Positions 1-13,771 of a stretch of DNA of 64,000 nucleotides are shown one piece after another. A program made the translations under genes and the position numbers. The stretch is from Azolla caroliniana (lineage: Eukaryota > Plantae > Polypodiophyta): assembly GCA_043228905.1 (NCBI GenBank), contig JBHGNT010000012.1, forward strand, positions 16,368,001-16,432,000, in the 5' to 3' direction. Under the pieces are notes generated by a model. The model was not told the DNA's origin, did no database searches, and worked only from the letters and a program-made list of their open reading frames with translations. Positions within the stretch are counted from its first letter, which is position 1; every line of letters starts with the position of its first letter.

Positions 1-2014
1 GATATCTCATTATCAACTTGAGTGCATCCCAATGTTTCTTACCGCTCCCACTGCAAATGCAATGTCTAGTCTAATAGCCACCATGGCGTACATGAGACTA
101 CCAATCACAGACTGATAAGGAACCTTGGTCATGAATTCCTTGTCCTCATCAGATGTGGTGAAATCACATGTGCTCAACTTTAAATATGTAGGCAATGGAG
201 TGCTCAACGGATTTGCATTCTCCATATTAAACCTCTTGAGTACTTTGGATATGTACTCAGCCTGAGACAAGTAAATGCATCACTTACTCCTACCACGAGT
301 AATACGCATACCAAGAATATGTTTTGCGTCTCCCAATTCGTTCATGTCAAAAGTTTGGCTCAAGTTTTTCTTCAACAAGGATAACTCATCCTTGTTTTTA
401 CCAACGATAAGCATATCATCAACATAGAGTATCAAAATGGAACCTTCATCTGAACATTTTTTCGTATAAAGACAAGAATCCTCATTGCTTCTAGTGCACC
501 CTTGAGTCTTCATAAAAGCATCAAACTTTTGGTACCACAATCTTGGGGACTACTTAAGCCCATACCAAGTGTTCTTTGCCAAGTGTTCTTCAGTTTACAT
601 ACCAAGTGTTCTTTGCCTGAGACTTCATAACCTTCTGGTTGTTCCATATAGATCTCCTCATTAAGATCCCCATGCAAGAAAGCAGTCTTTACATCCATTT
701 GGACTAATTCCAAGTCCTGATTTGCAGCTAAGGCAAGCAACATATGCGATGTAGTCATTTTAACTACAGGAGAGAAAATTTCATCAAAGTCAACTCCTAG
801 TTCTTGCTTGAAACCTTTCGCTACCAAGCATGCTTTGTACTTTGGAGAAGTCCTATCAGATGCATATTTATACTTGTAGACCCACTTGCATGGTAATGCT
901 TTCCTATCCTTTGGCAAAGCTACTAAATCCCAAGTATCATTTTTATGGATACTATCCAATTCTCTTTGCATGGCATGCTCCCACTTAGCATGATCAGTAG
1001 CCAACATAGCTTCTTTATAGCAAGAGAGTTCACCTGCATCTGTTAACATCACACAATCCGTGAGCTTAGTCGGTGGCCTAGAGACACGAGTAGATTGTCT
1101 CATTGGTTGCTAAACCAGAGTCAAAATGTTTTCAGGTTGTACAAATGCATCATCATTTTGAACATCCTTATATGGATGAACATTTGTAGGACTATTCCGC
1201 ATAGGTGTAGGATTATTCTTTTGCACACTAATAGAGGGTGTAACATCTTGAAAAACCACTTTCCTCACTTCCACTTCCTTAATTGGCTGCTTATGCATAA
1301 TCTTTTCATTGAAAACAACATCACTACTTCTGATTATAGTGCGCGTTTTGGGGTTCCATAAGCGATATCCAAACTGATAATCTATACCATAGCTGAGAAA
1401 AATACATTTTTTGCTTTTGAAATCTACTTTCCGCTTTAACTGTTTTGGAACATGAACATATGCTTCACATCCAAACACTCTAAGATGATCATAGTGAGGG
1501 GTTTTTCCAATCCACAACTCTTGAGCCACTTTCAAGCCTTTGCCAATACTAGGTGATAGATTAATCACATGAACAACAGTCTAAACTACTTCTACCCAAA
1601 AACCTTGCGGAAGGTTTGCATGATGCAACATAGAAACAACTCTATCTTGGATGTTTCAATTCATCCTTTCTGCTACACCATTTTGTACAGGAGTGTAGGG
1701 GGCAGTATACTCTCTACGAATGCCTCTAGACTCGCAAAAAATCCTGAACTCCTTAGAGGTATATTCAATTCCATTATCAGAACGTAAAGCTTTAAGCTTT
1801 ATTCCTTTTTCAGTCTCAACCGAGGCAAGCCATTTTCTAAAAATGGGGTATACATGACCCTTTCCCTTTATAGGATACACCCACACCTTTCTTGTGGCAT
1901 CATCAATAAATGTAACAAAATACAAAGCTCCACCCAATGATCTAGTAGGGATAGGGCCAACTACATATGTATGAACTAGATCCAAGGGTTGAGTAGAAGA
2001 ATCCAAATGAATCT
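1..2014 (-). mobile_element. Ty1/Copia pol remnant (integrase-RT), frameshifted and stop-disrupted
   Basis: ORFs 1656..2132 (YFVTFIDDATRK, LRSDNG, QNGVAERMN), 1110..1568 (LRVFGC), 510..1103 (KWVYK, QMDVKTAFLHG), 280..540 (LYVDDML) and 13..270 (YQSVIGSLMY). INT lies before RT, the Copia order. Cut at about 2014 by another LTR. Confidence 0.93.
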
Positions 2015-2299
2015 TGTAAAGAATCAAGAGTGATTCTGTGCAACGGATGTGAGTGTGTGTATGTGCATGTGAGACAAGAGAAAATGAGAGAGAGAGAGAG
2101 AGAGAGAGAAAGGGAGAGCGAGCTCTAGACAAGAAACTCTATATTACATCTAAAAGTAACTAAATTACAGAAGGTTGGTTTATATACCAACTGATCTAGG
2201 GCAAGTGCCCTTTCTACTAATTACAAATCTAGCCTAGTGTGATGTCCACTGGCTAGTGTGAACATTTTCTCTATGGGAAGTTGATTTCGATTCTCAACA
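2015..2299 (-). repeat. 3' LTR of a second Copia element
   Basis: On the minus strand it reads TGTTGAGAA...TTTACA, follows the purine-rich CAAAGAGGCG, and contains a (GA)n tract. It lies downstream of the RNase H remnant. Confidence 0.7.
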
Positions 2300-3215
2300 C
2301 GCCTCTTTGAACACAACTTCTGGATGTCAAAAAGTTGTTTTGGTTCGGTCTTCGAAATACTTTGATGCGGTTGCATCGGCTTCGACTTCGCTTTTCGATT
2401 TTGGTTTTCAACACGGCTTACGATTTTGATTCTTCGATTTTTTGTGTTCGTCTCTTCAATTGTTTGTTCGAACTTCGACTCCTGTGGTCAGCTTCGATTG
2501 ACTAATCGGGTATTGTTTGGCATCGATTGCTCGACTGCTATTGGGCTGCTACTGTACTCCCCCTCAAGCACGACTGGTCGGTGATCAAGAGACCAAGGTT
2601 CGTCGTGAACTGCCGTAGCTTGTTGATACCTAGATGTTGCTCATGTTGTCGTAGTATAGGAGAATCGGATCCGTGATGGGAATGCCCAAGTCCTTCAAGA
2701 TGGTTTAGAGCTAGACAGCTTTGCACGCAACGACTATTGCGCCCCTGTATTCAGCCTCTCTGCTTGGCAATGTGACTGTCGATTGTTTCTTGCTGCTCCA
2801 GGAGATTGCTCCGCTGCCGAGGGAGAAGAAGAATCCGGAAGTGGATCATCTATTAGCCTTATAGCCTGCCCAATCCGTGTCTTTGTACCCTTTCAGTCAA
2901 AGAACTATGTCCGACTTATACATGAAGCCGTAATTCTTCGTACCACTGACGAACCGAAGTACCCTCTTAGTGCAATCGAGATGAACATTCCGTGGTCTGC
3001 ATAAATTGGTTAAGGAGGCCGATCGAATAGTTTAGGTCGGGTCGTGTGATGGTTAGGTAGATTAGGATGCTGATCAATTGTCGATACTGAGTCGGTTCGC
3101 ACTCGGCTGTGCCCGAATCGACATCAAGCTTGAGATTTCGGTCGAGAGGGGTAGACAGAGGTTTGCACTCGTTCATTTCGAACTTGTAGAGTAAGTAGAG
3201 AACGTAGTGCCGAAG
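2300..3215 (-). mobile_element. Copia RT end/RNase H remnant with 3' extension (Bryco-like)
   Basis: ORF 2967..3296 contains YRQLISILIYLTITRPDL; 2538..2726 ends LGINKLRQF...LRGST, the typical Copia RNase H end. Confidence 0.85.
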
Positions 3216-3229
3216 GAGGAGAGAGACTA

Positions 3230-3702
3230 AGCATAGCTTCCTGCTTTTTCTAAAGTGTTTATGCACACTAAGTGTCCATGAGTTGCCTTTTCCCACTATG
3301 CTTTTATTTCCTAAATATAGTGCTCATGCATGCTAGATGTGCATGAGTATTTTTTTATTGGTTTATATTTTTCTTGTAAATAAAGTATTCACGCACTCAA
3401 AAAATGCATGATTTACCTTTTAATAAAGGTAGGCATAAATAAAAGTCTTATATCTATTAAATCTATATTTATAACACTTATGATAGGTTAATACAATGGG
3501 AACGTTTTGGTTCATTTACATGGAGGTACAAGGTTCGAACCTTGCCGAATCCTGCCCTATGCAAGGTTTGAATCCTCCCCTATGCAAAATAATAAATATT
3601 TTAATATTTTCTTTTATTTATATATATGTACTTAAATCGGATATATTATTTTTACATTTTTCACGTAGAGTGCGGACTACACAACGACACTCGCCCCCTC
3701 CG
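3230..3702 (-). repeat. PPT plus truncated 3' LTR of a Gypsy related to the Trp-primed family
   Basis: Minus strand GGAGGGGGCGAG (3702-3690) is followed by TGTCGTTG at 3689, the same arrangement as at 48500-48520. The distal boundary is uncertain. Confidence 0.65.
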
Positions 3703-3745
3703 AACCCGCACATCCTCCGGTATGTGCCGAAGTTCCTGATGTATG

Positions 3746-5185
3746 TTATTCGTCTTCATCTGTAGCACTCTCTGATTCTCCCCTTATGTCGACTATGAGT
3801 TGTAGTCCACTTTCTTCGCTTTCCGTATCACCGCGATCTTTGTCTGGTTGCTCCTCGATGTCAGTCTTGTCTAGGGTTACATAGGGTTCTTCGTCAGTCC
3901 GCTTCTTGAAAATCTTCACCCGTTTCCCCGCTATAGGCACCCGTAGTACTGTTCCATCCAACTCGCATAGTCGATAAGTTCCATTGTTGAAAACTTTCCG
4001 AACCTCGTATGGCCCGAACCACCTTTTCGCGAACTTCCGTATCATTGTATGTTGATGATCCAGACTACTGTCATAGACAATCACCCAATCCCCTTCTTCA
4101 ATCTTCCGCGGTCGTAGTCGATGCTTTGTGTCGAATTGGCTTTTGTTCTGGAATTGCGCTTCCTGTTGTCGGCGTGTTGCTTCCGCTATGTCTTCCGGTC
4201 TTCCCTCCAGTTTTCGTATCCGTACTGCTAGTAGTTCTTCCTGGCTCATCTCTTCCTTCCACGACAGCACTGTCCATGTCGCAATTGCGGTTTCCGTCGG
4301 CATTACCGGTGCTTGTCCGATCATGAGTTTGGCTGGCATAAAACTGGTCACAGAACTATGCATTGTACGATCCGCCTATAGTGCATACGGGAGCATCTGC
4401 GGCCAATCCTTCACCCTTCCGTCGCATGCTTTTGCAAGTGCTTTGACGATTGGACTATGGCCTCATTTGATCTTCCCGTTGGCTTTCGGATTGTATGTCG
4501 TTGTTAGTGTTAACCGAACTCCATGTTTGGTGAAGAATTCCCTAGCTTTATCAGAGTCGAGTTCTCCCCGATCCGCAATCACTTGACCTATGCACCCGTA
4601 CCTGCAAAACACTTCTTCCAAAAGAAATTGGCATACCGCAGAACACGTTTTCCTCTGTAGCGCTTGATCTTCTACTTGGTTTGTGAGATCTTCCCGAGCT
4701 AACACCAAGTACTTCTTTTGTCTGATCCCGGTTGGCATGGCTACAATGTTGACGATCCATTTGAAGTTGATTGTCGGTGAGAATGTCGGATGTAACTCAT
4801 CTCGGTGTCGAACCCCGGAGTAGACTTGGCATTTCTCGTAGCTTTCCGTGAACTCTGTGATATCTTTGTACATATTCTTCCACCAATATCTTTGCTTGTT
4901 CTTCACAAATGTTGCCCTTGTTCCCCGATGTCCAGCCCAATCAGATTCGTAAAATTTGGACATTATCTAGTTTTGTTGCTTTTTTGTCCCGACTACTCGA
5001 AGTGGTATGCCATCCGGTCTTTTCGGCTCCCTCCATATTAATCCATTTTTCAAGAAGAACTTTCGGACTTGCTGCTTCTTACTTCGGATCTCGGCTCTCT
5101 TCTCCTTATTATCCGATGATTCCTCGATTTCTTGTAGCACTTTCCTGATCAACACGCTTTCTCCCTGATTATGTGCATGCCTTAA
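3746..5185 (-). pseudogene. Ty3/Gypsy integrase (divergent subfamily of the Trp-primed family)
   Basis: ORFs 4463..4963 and 3746..4363 (WAGHRG, ADRGELD, YNPKANGK, KRWFGPY) are collinear with ORF 46941..48440. Confidence 0.9.
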
Positions 5186-5595
5186 TAACAAATCCTAAAG
5201 TCTAAATTTAATGGTTTCAAGCAGTAAGACAATTTGGAAATTAGCTAGCCTAGGGCTTGGGACATTTAACACATAATGACATGGGCGTGTGATGATCAAG
5301 GACATACAAAGTTAAACTATATAAAGGGGACTACCTATCCCTTTGCCATTGTTGAGACTTCATCATGATGCAAAGCTCTCATACTTTGGATCCTTGATTA
5401 GCTGACTTCCAACGTATCGCATAATGTCAAATTTAGTGGTAAGCATTCATCTCTTGTCCTTTGTTCGGAGGTGGTTAGTGTGGGTACATACCCTTAAAGA
5501 ATTCTTTTAATTAATTGTTAATCATTAATTTAAGATCATAATGGCATTTAATTCCTCTGGCAAGCCTGCGACTCCTAATGTCACATAGTAATTAG

Positions 5596-6087
5596 CAATG
5601 GTTCAGTTTGAACTGAACTGAACCACAAAATCGTGGCTTAACAGCTTAATAGTAAAAATGGTTTGGTTCATGTTCAAGTTCAAGTTTTTTTAACAATTTG
5701 GTTTCGGTTCAACTGTTTAGGGTTGCCACATGATTATTTTTTGAAATATTTTTTTGAACAACCTATTCATTTTTAAGCTTAATTCTGACATTTTAGGAAA
5801 AATCTTTAAATTTTTGAAATTTTTTAATTTGAGTTACTGAAAATAATTTAAACTTTAAAATTGAAAATTGAGAATTTGAAATTTGACCTAACTTGAAAAT
5901 CAAAACTGAACCGCGAAACCCTAGTTTTTACGGCTTAATGGTTTAATAGTTTAGATTTTTTGTAACAATTCAATTTTAACGGTTTCAATTTAAATGGTTT
6001 CGTAGTTTGGTTCGTATTGGCTTGAGTTTCAATTTTTTTAAATGGTATGAGTTTGACACTCTCGAACCGAACCGAACCGAACCGTTG
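5596..6087. mobile_element. Putative hAT-like MITE with AACCG/GGTT subterminal repeats
   Basis: Imperfect inverted ends GCAATGGTTCAG / CCGAACCGTTGC, a (GAACC)n array at 6064-6083, and an AT-rich core. No clear TSD. Confidence 0.45.
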
Positions 6088-8011
6088 CGCACGATTGGTA
6101 GTGTCACACTCTTCTTGCATACACTACCTTAAATTAGACTAGATCTTACTTTCCCCATAATTTTAACCATCCTCTATGTACACACATCTTTCTCTCAAAA
6201 CACCCTTAATTGCATCACTTATACACAAACCTTATACAATATTTGAAATTGTTCTTTTTGGTCTCAAATTTCCTCTTAGAATTGTTAATACAATCTGTGT
6301 ATCTCTCATATCAAACAAGTTTCAAATTTTCAACAGTTCTCATCAACATTAAGCATTTCCCCTTAACTTCTTACGATTCAAAGCATTCCAAAGAAGTCCA
6401 TTATTTGAGCAAAACAATTGTTTTCGTTGGCAAAAATCGGAAGTACACAATCACCTAGCTAGCATTTGGTGGCAAACTTGATTACTCCAAACTTAGAGTG
6501 ATTTTATGTGAAAATTAGCAATAAACTTCATTATTCCAATCAAGAATCGAACTTTGCATTAACTTAATTCTTTATTGCCATTTTATAACATTTATATTTT
6601 GGAAGTAGCATTCCATAACACACATGCTTTAAAGCTTTTTAATATTTCTCTGAAGACAAGACTTCAGAGAAGTGTTGATTGTACTCTTCAACCAGAAGAC
6701 GTTGTAGCCCTAACAACATTTTATGGGTTAGTGTTACTCTTATACATAAAAAATGATTCAAGTTCTTCAACCAAGGACCTTTGTAGAAGGATCTATGATT
6801 TTACCTTTCATGTGATCAACACACAAGTGTACGCATGATTTCTCGCAAATGTGATAGTAGGAATTAAATAATGCACGACAAACACAAACACATGCAAACT
6901 TGTGCAATATTCACATATTTCTATTGTTGCATCTCAGCATGTTAGACTTCGTTACATTCAATAAACGTGTTCTACTTTTTAAGCAATCTTGACTAAATAT
7001 TTTTATAAACAATGCTAGAATGTGCATTACCAAGATAAAGCTAATTAGTTACAAGGGATCTAAAGGTATTGATAGGTTTCAAAGGATGACTTCCATGGGT
7101 ATACAATAGGGGTGTTTTGGAAGTGATCCATAAACATATACAATGGGGGTAGTGTTACGAGCGTAACCACATGGTATAATGAAGATTAGTAGGTACAAGC
7201 TAATTTAGAAGGAATAAAGGGTACTAGACCACCTAACCACCTCCTCGCAGAGGTGAGAGACAAATCTAAGTCTCCATTGGCGTTCCATACCATTGTGTAA
7301 CCGCGAAGCCCTTATTGTTTTATAATAGGTAGATATACATAGTGCATGCAATTTTATTTCACGAGGGAGGGAATATAAAATATTTCAAGAGGGTGTGTGT
7401 GCAATCATCTACTAGATGTATAGAATTAGTATTATTGAGAAGGGAGTTCTACAACTATGTGAGATCAAGATTTAAAAGCAATAGAACATAAAATGAGTTT
7501 GTACGATAAAATAATATACCTTACACTTGAACACCTATGGGAGAAAGGAGAAAATGCAATAATGTTTGAAGACTTCATAGGATTCCGTATAAGCGTATAC
7601 GAGGGGGTACATAATATACACAGGCTTTGTATTGTGGGCTTTTTTTGACATTTATGCGTGCAAGTGAGGCTCTCTTTATATGAAAGAGTGCATCCTTTGG
7701 GACCTATCGACATACTTGCTTTCAATCTCTAGCGCGAGGTGATTGCCTTTTCCTTTATTACTATAATAGATGGTCAATACATAACATGATCATTGAATTA
7801 TTGTCATATAGCAAACTGAAAACTATCATCCAAGTTCATTCCTAACAAAATGTGAAGTGTGTACATGTGAGTTTTACCTTTGTCGTAATTACCTTACCCT
7901 AATGGTAAGTTGTTAGCACTATAAGCACTGCGTTGTGAGTTTGAAACCCAACTTCTTCACCTCTCTATTATATACTTCTTATATATCTCTTAATTCACTA
8001 GATGCCATTGT

Positions 8012-8012
<1 letters not shown>

Positions 8013-8065
<53 letters not shown>

Positions 8066-8066
8066 T
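8013..8066. repeat. (CT)n(CA)n microsatellite
   Basis: Directly visible. Confidence 0.95.
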
Positions 8067-9320
8067 CAATAGAAACCATATGGGAGTTCACATGCTTGGT
8101 TGTTGCTATCCCTTGTCCAAAGAGAGGAAAGTCTCGATGACTATTCATTCACCATAAGTAGAAATGGATCCCACAAAAAACTCTTATGAGAAATGAGTTC
8201 AACTTGGACGTTTCTTCGGTTAGCTATAATATCTAGAAATATGTCTAAATATAAAACACCATCTACTTATGGTTTCTAGCATCACAAAGGGAACCTTCCA
8301 CCATATACAAAACATTACAAATACAATACACGTGTCTATCACCATGTGCTCTCTATACCATTCAGAATTGTTGAAGAGTTGGGCTATAACTTGATTTCCA
8401 TTGAAGCATATATTGCTTGTTTATTGTACTAAACAGAAGAATTTTATCATATGCATTCAATATATGTATGACATTAAAATAGCAAGATCCTCTCCCTCCT
8501 CATATATGAGGATCACATGCGAAGAATCTCGTTTATGCTATTATACATTGGAACCACAACACTCGAGAGTCTTCATGCACCCTTTTAACATTGTGAATCA
8601 TAATGAGGTGGATTGTATTAGCTTGATTTCGATAGGAACATCCACTATTTGCTTTGTGGTAGTTTATGAAATTTCATCATATGCATACATGCTATGTCTA
8701 TACTACATTTAAACAATAATATTCGCCTCCAATCTCATATGACATTCGAGAAGCGCATGTGCTTATGCTATGTCCAATATTAAACCCGAATTCAAAATAC
8801 ATGAGAACGCTCATTGAACTTTCATATAATATGAGACCCGAAATTTCCATGTCCAAACTAGTCCACCTTGTTAGAAGATTGTTTCACTTTACAAATATGC
8901 ATGATCATGTGCATACAACCAACATCTAATTCCTCCACTACACAAACACATGATCTTCGATCAAGTTTGCAGTCAAGCATGCATCCTCTGCCATATCATA
9001 AACACATGATCCTCCATTAACTTTACACGTCCCAAACAATGTATCTCGCAAGACTCGACACATTTTATCATTGCCCATTGCATAACATTATAAAGAGTTC
9101 TATCTAGTGTAATGGGGGGACGAGGAGGAACAAGTTTCTTGTTCCTAGTGGTGTTCAAGGCCCCCTTGCAAATACATGCTCGTAAGTACACACATGGACG
9201 CCGAAAAATGATGGGGGTATTCAATTTTCGCGATGAGTGTCAAGCTCTAGTCTATGAGTGAACCTCATACCAAAGGGGAACAAGCCTCCATCTCTTGTTG
9301 TCTATTCGTCTAGTCACCCA

Positions 9321-9420
9321 ACATACACACATACATACATATATTCATATGCATACAAACATTACATACATACATCTTCATACATACATACAATACATAC
9401 ATACATACATACAAACAAAC
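9321..9420. repeat. Degenerate (TACA)n microsatellite
   Basis: Directly visible. Confidence 0.9.
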
Positions 9421-9452
9421 GTCAAAAAATCGCCAAGATCGCGGCGGGAATA

Positions 9453-10481
9453 CTACCGGGCAAGGGGTCCATCGAGGGACAGTGTGAATTCCGCGATTTT
9501 GGATGCATCGACCTCCACAACAATTAGACCCTGCGTTGAATGGTTGGCTTGCCAAGTGGACACAAAAGAGCGGATGTGGGATTCCGCGTCAGGGCCATCC
9601 GTATAACGGGGATATGGGTATGCCATGGTGTTGAAGTTCGGGTCTTCTGGTAACGCCGGAAATGGGTTGTGCTCGGTTTGGTTATCTTCGGAAGGGCTTG
9701 GAGGCACAACGGGGTCAGAGCCCACGTTCGATTGGGTGTCTGGTGTTGGTAATGGAGAGTGAGACGAATCCACTAGCTCCGACGATGATTGTTGTGTGAG
9801 CGTTGAGTCGAAGTTTCCTTGGTGGGCTCGGCGTGGCGGGATGGTAGCCGAGAACGCTTGGTGCAAGGGGGGGGGGGGGGGGGGGGGGTGGGGTTTCCTC
9901 CTACGTTGTTTGTTGTGTTTCACAACGTGAACCAGGCGCGCCAAATTGTGTTATCTCTTCTTCAGAGATACACCTTCGATTACTTCCTGGTTAATCGGGT
10001 CAAGGAATCATGGTTACGTAGGTAGGAAAGATAGGGCCGAACAAGCCGATTGACTATGAAAATGGTCGGCCACAACTGGACTTACGATTTAAAATTAAGA
10101 TAGAACGAGCACAAAGATTACTTAATTGACACTGAACAATTGACCCAACAAAGTATGTATTATAGTTTTACTACAACAATGATTTCACGGCTCACGACTG
10201 GCAGACCAACGATATAAGTTCTCTCTCTTTTATACAACGTATACAGATCTCTCCCTCTATGCCACGCACCCCCTTCCTCCTGCTGTTGCTTGCATTTATA
10301 GTTTCTGTTTCCTCTTGGCGTGCTCCAACCACTCCTCCCGTTTTTTGCCTCTATTCTCGGTTGCGCGTATTTCATTTATCTACCCCCCTTCATGCTCGGT
10401 CGATACTCCTTTTCACCTACTTTATCTACTCGTTTCTTTAGATTCGTTTCACACTCCATGCTCTTTGTCCCACGGATAACA
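9453..10481 (-). mobile_element. 5' end (LTR-PBS-gag start) of an Arg-primed non-chromovirus Gypsy, inserted in the Tcn1-A integrase
   Basis: LTR 9949-10481 has TGTTATC/GATAACA inverted ends. Gag start MAYPYPRYTDGPDAESHIRSFVSTWQANH resembles MAFSYPCFNGETDAATHI at 57669. Confidence 0.8.
9926..9943 (-). promoter_or_regulatory. Primer-binding site, tRNA-Arg-like
   Basis: TGGCGCGCCTGGT lies 5 nt after the LTR end and resembles the complement of the plant tRNA-Arg 3' end (tRNA sequence recalled, not searched). Confidence 0.6.
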
Positions 10482-12451
10482 TGTAAAATATCTGCCCAAT
10501 CATCTTGTTGATAGCTTAGGAAACACTGAAGATACTGTTCCAGCATTTGATTGGTACGTTCTGCTTGTCCATCTGTTTGGGGATGATAGCCAGATGAGAG
10601 ATTGCAAGTAAACTTGAGCATTTTGAAGAGATGCCTCCAAATTTAGAGACGAATTGAGGTCCACGATCACTGATGATACTGTCAGGAAGACCATGATGCC
10701 GAAATACTTCACGCATAACAAGTCTTGTAGTTTCTTCACTAGTGATTTCTTTAGTACAGGGCACGAAATGTGTCATCTTAGTATATCGATCTACGACCGT
10801 TAAGATCACATTGAAGCTCTTCAAATCCAGAAGATTTGTGATAAAATCTAGAGAAATAGATGCCATGGTTTGCTTGGGATCGGTAACGGCTCCAACAAAC
10901 CATATGAATTATGTCTAGGCATCTTCGCTCTGCAACATGTATCACATGTCCGAACATAGTCTTCGACAAATCTTCGCATATGGGGCCACCAAAATGATCG
11001 TTGTACTAAATCCAACGTTTTAGTAGTCCCAAAATGTCTGGTTGTATATGTGTCATGACAATTTTGTACTATTAGAAGGCGACAAGAACCATTTGTAACA
11101 TACAAAATTTTCTTAATGAAGAGTAAACCATCATGACATTTGAATTGTCCATAATCTGTACCTGGTTGTTGTGACCGTGAACAAGATGCTCGAGAGAGAT
11201 TGATTTGATCTAGAATAGCTTGAGCAAAAACATCTATCTTCAAATCATCACGTATGGTATCGATAATGTGGGAATCCAATGGAGTGTCAAAAACCCACAT
11301 TGCTTGAAGTCGTGTTGGACTCGGGATTACTTGCTTTTGATTGTCGAACGTTGGATCACCAGGACGAGGAGCTAGATACGAGTGTCATGATAATGCATCT
11401 GCCTTCCCTTGTTGCTTGCCCAAACGATATGTAATCTTGAAGTCGAAACGAGTGAGGAACTCAGACCACCAACCTTGTCATCTATTCAACACACGAGCAT
11501 TCTAGAAGTAGGCAAGATTCTTCTGATCACTAAATACAGTGACTTGATGAGGTGATCCTTCTAAAAGTTGCCTCCATTGTGCAAAAGAGTCCACTATTGC
11601 TAATAGCTCCTTGTCATGTATCTCGTAGTTGATTTCTTCATCAGCGTCAAACTTGCGCGAGTAGAAAGCCACAGGATGTAGCTTCTCATACTCGCCTTGA
11701 TGTGACAAAATATTATCAAGGGTGAAATCTAACGCGTCGGCCTCAATGATAAATGGTTTTTGCGGATCAATATGAGCTAGAATAGGAGCCGATGTAAATG
11801 CTTTCTTGAGACCTTCAAAAGCCGTGTCCGCTTCCTTAGACCAAACAAACGATTGTCCTTTCTTTGTAAGTTGTGTGAGTGGTAAAATAAGCTTTGAGTA
11901 GTCCTATATAAATTTGCGATGGAAATTCGCAAATCCAAGAAAGAATTGCACATCTCTCAACGAATGTGGAGTTTGCCACTCCAACACAGTTTGGATTTTA
12001 GCTGAATCCAGAGATATGCCTTCCAAGGAGATGACATAGCCTAGAAATTCCACCCGGTTACAAGGAGATACACCAGCTTTGTATAAAGACCATGTTCTAG
12101 TAGTCGTCTTAGTACTAATAGTATATGAGAATCATGCTCCTCTTGTGTCTTTGAATAAACTAGTAGATCATCCAAGTAATTGATCAAATAGATGTCCAAA
12201 AGATCTCAGAATATATCATTTGCCATGTGCTGGAAGACTGTTGGCCGAATGGCATAAACGTATACTCGAAGTGCCCATATTGGGTGCGGAAAGTTGTCTT
12301 GCATTCGTCTCTCAATCGAATCCGTATGAGGTTATATGCTCCTCCTAAGTCCATTTTTGTGAAAAACTTTGTGCCATTAATCCTTTCCACCAGACCCGAG
12401 ATTAGGGGAAGTGCATACCTATTCTTGATGGTGACCTTATTCAAGCCACGA

Positions 12452-13558
12452 TGTCATGAAAAAACCGTCACTACGTGCGGATCGTGAGGCGGAACCGCCG
12501 GGGTTCTGGACCGGAAGGATTCAAAGTTTGCACTAGCTTTAGCGAGAAAGAATTTAAGATAGATTGAAAGAGAGAGAGATTGAGATAAGATAGAACACTT
12601 GACTTTAGATTGAGAGAGAGAGATTAAGATTGAACCCTTGACTTTAGATTTGAGGAACAGGATATGTCATCAATTGGATAACAAATTTTTTTTCTTATTA
12701 AATTCTTGATTCATACATCGCTCCCCTTTTGATCTTTTTCATGCACTCTTTTATAGATGCCGCCATGCATATGATACATGTGAGGGTACAAGACATGCAT
12801 ACAATGCATGGAATGCATGTGATGCATGTTTTCCATTTGGCGCTCATGCATTACATGTGATGCATGATAACCATGTCACTCATTCAAGCTCTAATATGAG
12901 AATTTACATGTGAAAAGTATAATGATAGAAAAAACATTTCTAGAGAAATGAGTTGGCTTAGTGGTAAGTTTATTGCCTCCTATCTTGGAAGTGCAAGGTT
13001 CACGCCTTCCTTGCATCCCTTTGTATACAAATATTTACTAGGTTTTTTAGTCTAGATGATTTTGTTCGTTTCACACCGAAATCTTCGCGATTAACTGGTC
13101 TATCTGGTCCTGGTTTGGTCGTCGTCCCCGTTCGCTAGTCCAGTTTCCATTCTGTCGTCGTCCGTCCGGTCCCCCAAAACCATTGTGAGTGGTTAAGGCA
13201 CAATTTAGCCCAAGAACATTCTATGCTCCACACATAGACAAAAAGTAATAAGTTCTGGCTCTGCTTATATAATGTGGGATCCTGATTTGTCCTACCTATG
13301 TAGGATATCTCATAGTTTTGTTTTTCTCTTCTTCTTCTCAAACTTCACATTCACATAACTTGACATTTAGTTGTCCGTTTCAAATGTAGTAAAGTACATT
13401 CGAAAGCTCTTGAAGACCTCCATCTTCCCATACCAAGATATTAAGCTAATCTAAAATAGTATCTTCATTGTTATTGTTTCATGTCTTGTGTGAAGAACCA
13501 CACTCGATTTTGTACATTCCATGCCATTTTCACACCGTTGCCGAAAATCTTCATGACA
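12452..13558. repeat. Solo LTR (about 1.1 kb) of a relative of the Trp-primed family, inserted in the RT of copy A
   Basis: Ends TGTCATGAA...TTCATGACA; flanks ACGA/ACGG (4-bp TSD, one transition). Removing it restores VDFRGLNKV. Its start resembles TGTCGTGAAGAAAACCGTC. Confidence 0.85.
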
Positions 13559-13771
13559 ACGGAAATCCACGATTAGACAAAGTGAGCCATCTTCTTTCTT
13601 GACGAAGAAAACAGGTGCATCGGATGGATATTTCGAATGTCGACTGAACTCGTTTGCCAAATTTTCCTCTATGTATGCTTGAAGAACTTCAAGCTCGGTT
13701 GGTGACAAGTTGTAGATCGGTCCCCATGGGGGCTCTTTTTCTGGTTGTAAATCAATGGGACAATCATACGG

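Noticed and set aside
5190-9420. Possible host gene in the AT-rich spacer (ORFs of 60-100 aa)
   Set aside because: The ORFs have low-complexity, non-protein-like composition, no recognisable domains and no convincing exon chain. Small exons cannot be fully excluded.
9867-9892. Poly-G run / G-quadruplex encoding poly-Pro
   Set aside because: Most simply a slipped homopolymer in a retroelement leader, and its length is unreliable.
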